Assembly (NCBI GenBank): GCA_043818055.1
Contig: JBDRGF010000023.1
Span: 1-22,556 of the forward strand
From: Pseudomonadota bacterium
Lineage (GTDB): Bacteria > UBA10199 > 2-02-FULL-44-16 > JBDRGF01
Direction: 5' to 3'
DNA length: 22,556 nucleotides
Below, piece by piece: positions 16,708-22,556 of the stretch. Numbering within the stretch: position 1 is the stretch's first letter; each line of letters starts with the position of its first letter. The notes under the pieces were generated by a model. That model had not been told where the DNA came from, ran no database searches, and saw only the letters and a program-made list of their open reading frames with translations. Both the position numbers and the translations under genes were made by a program.

Positions 16708-17949
16708 TTATTTTTTCATTTTTTTCAGTTCTTTTTCGAGTTCTGTAATTTGATTTTTTAGTTTCAAAATTCTCTCTTCTCTGTTCATGGCAGAGTTGTA
16801 GATGATTTCCATTTCAAATATGTGCTTTTTAAGATCATTTTCTATCTTCACTCTCTCGGTGATGTCCTCACCTGATGTCAAAAAGCTCGTGACAGTCCCT
16901 GATTCATCTTTCAGAAAGGATGTATGCCATGCGATGATCTTCTCTTTGCCGGTTTTAGTGAGCACAGGGTTCTGATAGTGCTCGAATTTAATCACCCCTG
17001 AAAACAACGAATCCGCCACTTTTTTAATAGCCTCTCTATCCTTTGCCGGGAGGAAGTTATCAAACCAGTTTTTTCCAATTATCTCATCGCGATTATACTC
17101 CAACACCTCACACCCTTTATTGTTTATCATGGTGACAATTCCATTCCGGTCGATCGCGATGATTATAACACCGGCTATATCCAGATACATCTGGGCGCGT
17201 GTTGTCTCTTCCCGTAGCTTTTCTTCGAGACGCTTGCGTTCAAAAAAACCCGGGATCTTATATTTTACAACCTGTTTGGAAAGCTCCGGTTTTGTTTTGA
17301 TATAGTTGCTGATATATTGTTCAATCTTGTCAGGATGAGCCATGATAAAACGGCACGCTTCGTCCCCACGCGCCTTGCACATGATCTCGGTTGCGACAAG
17401 TGGAATTCCGAAGCTCTCCTCGCACCAGCCTGAGGAGTAGCCGGCGTTCATGATGCAGACTGGGGAATGTGCCCTTTTCCCCTCCCTTTCCCATGAGCTC
17501 GATTCAAATGAGTAGGGGTGGTCATAGATAAGATAATAATTTTTATCAGGAGTCGGTTTTGACTCTGGAAAGATATCCACAAATGCCCATCCCGAGTAGG
17601 CAAATTGAATCGGACCTGCCGAGAGTTTTTCAATGGGGTCTGTCACATTCATCTTTTTGTGAAAATTCCTGGCGTCCTGTTTGCCGATCGCATGCGCGAT
17701 ATCGAAGAGCATGCCCTTAGCGATTTCAGTGGCCTTTTCCTCCCCTTCATCTCTGTAGATATCTTTGACGGCACCGAAGAAATCGACCGACATGGAGGCC
17801 GCTCTCACCAGAATGTATCTTTCATCCGATATTTCAATAATTCCTTTTGTGGGATCATCGCTTCTTTTAGAAAAAAACTCTTTTACATATTTTTCTGCCC
17901 TTTCGAAGATCGGCTCGAACTCCTTTGGCACTTTGACAGTCTTGATCAT
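16708..17949 (-). CDS. XylR_N/V4R-like sensor domain + PAS protein with C-terminal REER tail
   Basis: Probable start ATG 17949 (MIKTVKVP, RBS GGGGGA); the ORF-track extension overlaps the upstream gene. Contains ERYILVRA, GPIQFAYSGWA, V4R motif C..NAGYSSGW...E..C.ARGDEACRF, PAS YLDIAGVIIIAID...EDITER, and tail NREERILKLKNQI. Confidence 0.88.
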   Translation of the reverse strand: MIKTVKVPKEFEPIFERAEKYVKEFFSKRSDDPTKGIIEISDERYILVRAASMSVDFFGAVKDIYRDEGEEKATEIAKGMLFDIAHAIGKQDARNFHKKMNVTDPIEKLSAGPIQFAYSGWAFVDIFPESKPTPDKNYYLIYDHPYSFESSSWEREGKRAHSPVCIMNAGYSSGWCEESFGIPLVATEIMCKARGDEACRFIMAHPDKIEQYISNYIKTKPELSKQVVKYKIPGFFERKRLEEKLREETTRAQMYLDIAGVIIIAIDRNGIVTMINNKGCEVLEYNRDEIIGKNWFDNFLPAKDREAIKKVADSLFSGVIKFEHYQNPVLTKTGKEKIIAWHTSFLKDESGTVTSFLTSGEDITERVKIENDLKKHIFEMEIIYNSAMNREERILKLKNQITELEKELKKMKK

Positions 17950-17968
17950 ACACGTCCCCCTAAACGGC

Positions 17969-17997
17969 ATAGTATCTCTTAAGAGTGCCAAGATCAA
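17969..17997 (-). promoter_or_regulatory. Putative sigma70 promoter of the minus-strand signalling operon
   Basis: On the minus strand TTGATC (17997-17992)-17 bp-TACTAT (17974-17969). The spacer contains the perfect palindrome CTCTTAAGAG (17976-17985). Confidence 0.55.
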
Positions 17998-18020
17998 ACT
18001 TAATATCAAAATGTTGATTT

Positions 18021-19091
18021 TTATTCTATCAACTCCCTGAAGATCAGGTTGTGGATATGCGGGCGGAATTGTTTTATCTTCTGATTTGTAACCGAGGGAT
18101 GAATTCTGTTTGTCAAAAGTATCACCCAAAATCTCTTTTCGAGATCGATCCAGATCGAGCAGCCGCTGAAGGCCAGATGTCCGATCGACTTTTTTGAGAA
18201 AAAGCCGCCGGATGAGGAATTGTGAGCTGAGGGAATGTTCCATCCACCGAGATATTTTTCACCCTTGTACTTCTTTTTGAAATCAAAGAGCGTTTTTACC
18301 ACATCATGAGCGATCCAGCTTTCATCATATCTCAATGTCTTTACAAGTTGAGCTATGAATTTGTTGAGATCGATAGCGGTTGAAAATAGCCCGGCATGAC
18401 CTGCGATGCCCCCCATTGCGTATGCGTTTTGATCATCCACCTCTCCCTTCATGATGTGGCCTCGCCACGGGCAGTCCTCGGTGGGTGCGAAGCGGCGGCG
18501 TTTCGTCGTACGTTGAAGATTCTGTGAAACAGGGATGAAAAATGTATCTTTGAGTTTAAGTGGATCTGCGATGAAATTTTTGAAGAGCTCGTCGAGCATA
18601 TTTGCACCTGCCTGTTCGACTATCTCGCCTAAGATGATGTATCCCAAATCGCTATAGACTGTTTTAGTGCTGGGCTTGTTGATGAGCGGCTCGTTGTAAC
18701 ATGAGTCGAGTATGTAGCGCTTAGCAGATGGTGTCCCTGCATAAGAGAGCGGTAGATCCTGATAATACGGTTCCCACGCTGGGAGTCCGGATGTGTGGTT
18801 GAGGAGCATCTCGACAGTCATCTCCTTGTGATGCGGACTTCTGGCGCCAGCGAGCCAGTTGTAAACGGTGTCGGATAGTTTTAACACCCCTTTTGAGATC
18901 AGGATCGCAGCAAGAGTTGCTGTACAGATAGGTTTTGTGAGGGAGGCGATATCAAAATGAGTATCTTCACGCGATTTTCCAGCATAGTGATGGAAAGCGA
19001 TCTTTCCGTCGATGCCGACGAGGAGCTCTCCTGCGGAGAATACAGAGTCCTCAACAGCGTTATCCATTTCTTTTTTGATCGTGCGGTTCAT
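18021..19091 (-). CDS. Serine hydrolase, beta-lactamase/AmpC-like family (probable peptidoglycan-recycling hydrolase)
   Basis: SxxK FDIASLTK, LLNHTSGL, YSDLGY, GEVDDQNA..MGGIAGHAGLFS, GHLAFSGCS and LTNRIHP. No signal peptide; ATGA overlap with the upstream carboxypeptidase. Confidence 0.88.
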   Translation of the reverse strand: MNRTIKKEMDNAVEDSVFSAGELLVGIDGKIAFHHYAGKSREDTHFDIASLTKPICTATLAAILISKGVLKLSDTVYNWLAGARSPHHKEMTVEMLLNHTSGLPAWEPYYQDLPLSYAGTPSAKRYILDSCYNEPLINKPSTKTVYSDLGYIILGEIVEQAGANMLDELFKNFIADPLKLKDTFFIPVSQNLQRTTKRRRFAPTEDCPWRGHIMKGEVDDQNAYAMGGIAGHAGLFSTAIDLNKFIAQLVKTLRYDESWIAHDVVKTLFDFKKKYKGEKYLGGWNIPSAHNSSSGGFFSKKSIGHLAFSGCSIWIDLEKRFWVILLTNRIHPSVTNQKIKQFRPHIHNLIFRELIE

Positions 19092-20002
19092 GCTAGCGCT
19101 TCTTCCATGACATTGAGAGATGGAGTTGTTTCGAAATCAGCGTTCAATTCAACATTTACTCCCAGCGGAAGTGTGACAAATTTGCTGGTGTGCCCTGATG
19201 GATAATCAAAGATGATCGGTCCTGCGAAATTATTCATGACATCCAGTATCATCTCTTCAATGTTGTGAGGCTCCCCCTCGGGTGGGAGGATCTTTCCAAA
19301 GATGATCCCCTTGACGGTTTTTAATTTGAGACCGTTTTTCAGCTGTGTGAGCATCCTGTCGAGGACATATACCTTTTCTCCGATATCCTCGATGAAGAGT
19401 ACTGTGTCGTGTGTATCGATTTCATATGGTGTGCCGATCGAGCTGTTGATCAGCGAGAGGCATCCACCAACCAACTTCCCGCTGGCAAAGCCTGCCTTCA
19501 GTGTTTTGGCATTGTTCGATGGCAGCATTCCCATGGGGGATGTTTTGGTCAGTGCGTCGATCAGCGAATTTTTCGTCATATCGTCCGGATTTTTCCCAAG
19601 CTGCGTTATGACGGGGCCGTAGAAACTAGGCACTCCTAGCTTTTGCTTTAAATAATTGAGAAGGGGAGTGAGGTCGGAAAATCCGACGATGGGCTTTTTG
19701 TGTTTTTGAATCGATTCTTCGTCGAGAAGTGGGATGATGCGTTGTGAACCGTATCCTCCCCTTGCGAACATGATGGCATCGATCTTCTTCGTGCGAAAGA
19801 GGTGCATCAGCTCCTCGGCCCTTCGCTCGTCGTTGCCTGCCAGGTACCTGTTCTGGTCGAAGATATCCTGCCGATAAAACGTCTTAAATCCGAGTTTCTC
19901 AAGGAGATGAACGCCGTGCATGAAGGCGTTGCGATCGAACGGGCTCGACGAAGCCGCAATGCCGATCGTTGAACCATTTTTTAATGCTTTGGATTTTTTC
20001 AT
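19088..20002 (-). CDS. LD-carboxypeptidase, peptidase S66 (LdcA/MccF) family
   Basis: YLAGNDERRA, ARGGYGS, and catalytic triad motifs GFSD, FIED and SGH. Start ATG 20002 (MKKSKALKNG); the ORF-track extension is translated repeat DNA. Confidence 0.93.
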   Translation of the reverse strand: MKKSKALKNGSTIGIAASSSPFDRNAFMHGVHLLEKLGFKTFYRQDIFDQNRYLAGNDERRAEELMHLFRTKKIDAIMFARGGYGSQRIIPLLDEESIQKHKKPIVGFSDLTPLLNYLKQKLGVPSFYGPVITQLGKNPDDMTKNSLIDALTKTSPMGMLPSNNAKTLKAGFASGKLVGGCLSLINSSIGTPYEIDTHDTVLFIEDIGEKVYVLDRMLTQLKNGLKLKTVKGIIFGKILPPEGEPHNIEEMILDVMNNFAGPIIFDYPSGHTSKFVTLPLGVNVELNADFETTPSLNVMEEALA

Positions 20003-20014
20003 AAGTACAAGTTT

Positions 20015-20112
20015 ACAGTTAACAGTCAACAGTTTACAGTAAAAGCTCAACAACAGAGATTTTAAACTGTAAACTGTAAACTGTGAACTGTAAACTGTTA
20101 ACTGTTAACTGT
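20015..20112. repeat. Inverted arrays of a 7-bp tandem repeat (ACAGTNN x4 / NAACTGT x7)
   Basis: ACAGTTA ACAGTCA ACAGTTT ACAGTAA (20015-20042), a 21-nt spacer, then AAACTGT x3, GAACTGT, AAACTGT, TAACTGT x2 (20064-20112). Confidence 0.92.
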
Positions 20113-20124
20113 ACGGAGGCACCC

Positions 20125-20646
20125 ATGGAACTAAAAGATGCAATTCAAAAAAGACGCTCGGTAAGGGGATTCGACTCAAAGCGGGATGTTTCTGAAGATG
20201 AACTGAATAAAATTCTCGAGGCGGGAAGGTGGGCGCCATCCTCCGGCAACAGTCAGTGCTGGAATTTTTATGTTGTGAGGGATGTCGGGATAAAACAACA
20301 GCTTGCGACTAAAGCTGGCCACCAGCAGTTCATTGCCGACGCGCCGCTTGTGATAGTTGTTGTCGCCGATCTTCAAAAGAGCGAGAGCTCATTTGGTGAA
20401 CGGGGACGGGAGACTTATGCCCTGCAGGATACAGCCGCGGCTATAGAGAATATGCTCCTCACTGTTACCGACCTCGGACTTTCAAGCTGCTGGATCGGGG
20501 CATTTGACGAGGAGAGGGCACGGGAAATTCTGGATCTTCCTGTTCATATGAGAACTGTAGCAATGCTCCCGATAGGTCTGGGTGACCAGAATGCAACAAG
20601 ACCTCCCTCCAGAAAAGCGCTGTCTGAGATTGTGACTTACATCTGA
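20125..20646 (+). CDS. Nitroreductase-family flavoprotein
   Basis: AIQKRRSVRGF, AGRWAPSSGNSQCW, QDTAAAIENMLL and GLSSCWIGAFDE; RBS GGAGG before ATG 20125. Confidence 0.93.
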   Translation: MELKDAIQKRRSVRGFDSKRDVSEDELNKILEAGRWAPSSGNSQCWNFYVVRDVGIKQQLATKAGHQQFIADAPLVIVVVADLQKSESSFGERGRETYALQDTAAAIENMLLTVTDLGLSSCWIGAFDEERAREILDLPVHMRTVAMLPIGLGDQNATRPPSRKALSEIVTYI

Positions 20647-20649
20647 AAA

Positions 20650-20758
20650 AGGTAGATAGGCTGTAGGTGTTTAGGGTGATAGGAAAACCTATAAAAATGT
20701 CATAAACGTTGTCGATTTTTTTGCTTATGGCCTAACAGCCTTCAGCCTAAATAACCTA
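20650..20758. repeat. TAGG-rich imperfect inverted-repeat element, copy 2
   Basis: Left arm 20650-20683 AGGTAGATAGGCTGTAGGTGTTTAGGGTGATAGG differs from the reverse complement of 9801-9835 by one indel and one substitution. Right arm 20730-20758 is CCTA-rich. It starts 3 bp after the nitroreductase stop. Confidence 0.85.
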
Positions 20759-20838
20759 ATTGTCCATCCTTGCTTTTTTCATAAAAAAAGCTTATTTTTG
20801 CGCCTGCAACAATGATAACCATCAAAAAAGGGGGGGGC

Positions 20839-21102
20839 ATGAGAGAAGAAGAGGTGGGTTATGTCGAACATTGGTTTGGTCATCTCAATGTAGCTGGTAT
20901 CAAGATCACCAATGGGGCTCTGAAGGTGGGGGACAAGATTCACATCAAGGGACACACATCCGATTTTACAATCACTGTTACATCGATGCAGGTGGAACAT
21001 GACAATGTTCAGGTGGCGCCTCAGGGTTCCGATATCGGAATCACAGTGCCCGAACATGCAAGAATCCACGACAAGGTGTATAAGGTGCTAGAGGAAGAGT
21101 AG
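20839..21102 (+). CDS. Small beta-barrel protein ('translation elongation factor-like', EF-Tu domain II/U32 C-terminal-like)
   Basis: VGYVEHWFGHLNVAGI...LKVGDKIHIKGHTSDF...VTSMQVEH..V..A..G.DIGI...R..DKVYK; G-rich RBS before ATG 20839. Confidence 0.8.
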   Translation: MREEEVGYVEHWFGHLNVAGIKITNGALKVGDKIHIKGHTSDFTITVTSMQVEHDNVQVAPQGSDIGITVPEHARIHDKVYKVLEEE

Positions 21103-21121
21103 GGATAGTTGTATTATGGAT

Positions 21122-21180
21122 GTAGGGGCAACCCCCTGTGGTTGCCCTTTAAATGGGTAGGCACGGGGGCCTACCCCTAC
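21122..21180. repeat. GTAG-family REP doublet (REPIN/BIME-like), second type
   Basis: GTAG+GGGCAACCCCCTGTGGTTGCCC (21122-21147) and an inverted partner at 21155-21180 (reverse complement GTAG+GGGTAGGCCCCCGTGCCTACCC), followed by AATTTTTTT. Confidence 0.85.
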
Positions 21181-21193
21181 AATTTTTTTCAGT

Positions 21194-21220
21194 GAACCGA
21201 TAGTCGAAAACTAACACTAA
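21194..21220 (+). promoter_or_regulatory. Possible ECF-type (autoregulated) promoter
   Basis: GAACC (21194-21198)-17 bp-ACTAA (21216-21220), just upstream of the ECF sigma ATG. The AAC-containing -35 is typical of ECF promoters; the -10 match is weak. Confidence 0.35.
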
Positions 21221-21239
21221 CTAGTATAGATAGATTATA

Positions 21240-21782
21240 ATGCAAAACCTCACAGATGAGCAATTGGTGGTGGAGGTTAAAGGGGGAAGCAGGAACGCCT
21301 TCAATGAGCTGGTGCGCCGGTATCAGGACAGGATCTGGCGAATGGTGCATAAGTATGTCTTCGATGCGGAGGAGGCCAAAGAGGCGACTCAGGAGGTCTT
21401 TTTGAGGGTTTATCGCGGCATCTCAACATTCAGGGGAGATTCAAAATTTTACACATGGATTTATAGGCTGGCTATCAATACGAGTCAGGAATTCAGGCGG
21501 AAGGGATATAAGGAGGGGGTCAAGAGGAACAATTTCAAGGTCCATGGAGATATACAGGGTGATAATGTCGAACAACACAAAGGCGTAAGTGGTCTTGAGG
21601 CTGCCCAGCTAGTGGATGAGCTGCCTGAAAAACAAAAAAGGGTTGTGCTGCTGAGGATATACGAGGGATTGAGCGTGGCCGAGACAGCCGAAGTTTTAAA
21701 TACATCGGAGGGGACTGTGAAAAGCAATCTCTTCAAGGCGCTGGCGACTTTAAGGAGAAAGTTTGTAAATGAAGAGGCTTGA
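21240..21782 (+). CDS. ECF (sigma70 group 4) RNA polymerase sigma factor
   Basis: AFNELVRRYQ; region 2 EATQEVFLRVY...FRGDSKFYTWIYRLAIN; region 4 LPEKQKRVVLLR.YEGLSVAETAEVL..SEGTVKS. Confidence 0.95.
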   Translation: MQNLTDEQLVVEVKGGSRNAFNELVRRYQDRIWRMVHKYVFDAEEAKEATQEVFLRVYRGISTFRGDSKFYTWIYRLAINTSQEFRRKGYKEGVKRNNFKVHGDIQGDNVEQHKGVSGLEAAQLVDELPEKQKRVVLLRIYEGLSVAETAEVLNTSEGTVKSNLFKALATLRRKFVNEEA

Positions 21783-22338
21783 ACAGGAAATCGTGATGGA
21801 ATATCTGCATGAAGATATCAAGAGATATCGTCATGATAGTTTTCCCGGCGATCTTGTGAAAACGCTGGAGGCTAAGTTACTTCCAAAGGATGTCGTGGAG
21901 TATGTGAATGATAAATATCCGGGCGATCTTGTTGCGGATCTCTCTGCAAAACTAGATTCGGTTTGGGAGGGCGGCGCGGAAGATGAACTCAAAAAGATTT
22001 TGTCGAAGGATGTTTCCCGGTATCGTCAAAGCAAATTTGAAGGTCAGCTCATCACAGATCTTTCTCAGAAGATAGATGAGGAAGAAGAGGAAAAGGGATC
22101 GGGAAATGTGATATGGCTCTTTCCGAAGTTTCTCTTTTCAAAGCAGGTGATGGCGATTGCTGCCGCTGTTGTTCTGGCTCTTGCGGTCTGGATTGCTATT
22201 CCCCGGGAAAAAGTTGTATCGCTTTATCCGGAGGAGAGGGGCTTTGCGATGAGAGCGGGAGATGTCATGCAGAGGGATGATTTTAAAAAGACAAATGTTC
22301 TATATTCAAGAAATGCTACTTATAGCGTCAGGGGGTAG
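21769..22338 (+). CDS. Putative membrane-anchored anti-sigma factor with three internal 25-aa repeats
   Basis: Overlaps the sigma gene by 14 bp. Soluble N-terminus with repeats, an acidic linker, one TM helix VMAIAAAVVLALAVWIAI, and a short C-terminal tail. Confidence 0.7.
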   Translation: MKRLEQEIVMEYLHEDIKRYRHDSFPGDLVKTLEAKLLPKDVVEYVNDKYPGDLVADLSAKLDSVWEGGAEDELKKILSKDVSRYRQSKFEGQLITDLSQKIDEEEEEKGSGNVIWLFPKFLFSKQVMAIAAAVVLALAVWIAIPREKVVSLYPEERGFAMRAGDVMQRDDFKKTNVLYSRNATYSVRG

Positions 22339-22340
22339 AT

Positions 22341-22556
22341 ATGAGATATGCGTCCCATCTTTTGGTTTTGATTTTTGTAGCGGCCTCACTTTTAACATTC
22401 GTAGGAGGGTGCAAGACTAAAACGGAATTAGAGCCGCCAGAGATCGTTTCGATGGAGGATTATCGAAACCGAATTCAGGCGACGATTGACCTCGGTTCGG
22501 ATTCGACGAGGATGCTCGTCTCAGGTGTTCACGATCTGATCGATGTCATGGATGAA
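22341..22556 (+). CDS. Putative lipoprotein (5' part; runs off the window)
   Basis: MRYASHLLVLIFVAASLLTFVGGCKTKTELEPPEIVS... has a signal peptide with lipobox VGGC. It starts 2 bp after the previous stop and is open to the window end. Confidence 0.75.
   Translation, partial: MRYASHLLVLIFVAASLLTFVGGCKTKTELEPPEIVSMEDYRNRIQATIDLGSDSTRMLVSGVHDLIDVMDE

Noticed and set aside
18005..18018. FNR/Crp-like box ATCAA-N4-TTGAT upstream of the signalling operon
   Set aside because: The half-sites are in the opposite order to the FNR consensus (TTGAT-N4-ATCAA). It may be another operator or chance in AT-rich DNA.
17950..18243. 98-aa N-terminal extension of the 511-aa ORF
   Set aside because: It overlaps the serine hydrolase in another frame and spans a promoter-like spacer. 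ATG 17949 has a good RBS and begins the recognisable domain.
18021..19091. Beta-lactam resistance gene
   Set aside because: It has the SxxK fold but no signal peptide and no KTG motif, and it is coupled to an LD-carboxypeptidase. A cell-wall recycling hydrolase fits better.
20003..20124. Shared peptide CKLLTVNC at the N-termini of ORFs 19088..20053 and 20083..20646; also a possible CRISPR or iteron array
   Set aside because: The peptide is an artefact of translating the inverted heptamer arrays. The repeats are contiguous 7-mers with no unique spacers, and no cas or rep gene is present.
20824..20837. A6-G8 homopolymer as a phase-variation tract
   Set aside because: It lies just upstream of the likely ATG 20839 and reads as a G-rich RBS, like the G6 before the FIST gene. 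Slippage would not shift the frame.
405..21736. Numerous 60-200-aa antisense or alternate-frame ORFs in the track (e.g. 405..923, 7308..7880, 8524..9135, 11980..12444, 20760..21002)
   Set aside because: They are shadows of well-supported genes, with no recognisable motifs or RBS.

Overview
A 22.6-kb bacterial chromosomal segment of moderate GC with Shine-Dalgarno-led genes. It opens with the 3' end of a class C group II intron (maturase C-terminus, domains V-VI). The housekeeping backbone consists of a P-loop kinase/dCMP deaminase fusion, queF, a BtuF/BtuC/BtuD-type ABC importer, galU, asnS, an LD-carboxypeptidase plus serine hydrolase pair, a nitroreductase, a small beta-barrel protein and an ECF sigma/anti-sigma/lipoprotein operon. 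Three AT-richer accessory units interrupt it: a stand-alone AAA+ ATPase-wHTH gene, an AAA_21 ABC-ATPase + DUF4276 (TOPRIM-like) pair inside the ABC importer operon, and an 8-kb fully cytoplasmic signalling cluster (FIST, FIST-partner adaptor, PAS-PAS, REC-REC-HK, 5xPAS-HK, V4R-PAS). The most unusual signal is that three sensor proteins of this cluster have no catalytic output and end in the same ~36-aa 'RExR[IV]LxxKx[EQ][VI]' coiled-coil tail. Intergenic spacers carry three unrelated families of palindromic micro-elements: GTAG REP doublets (x2), a TAGG-rich inverted-repeat element (x2) and an inverted heptamer array. The putative anti-sigma factor has a triplicated 25-aa cytoplasmic repeat. 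All calls come from motif reading by eye; no database search was run.
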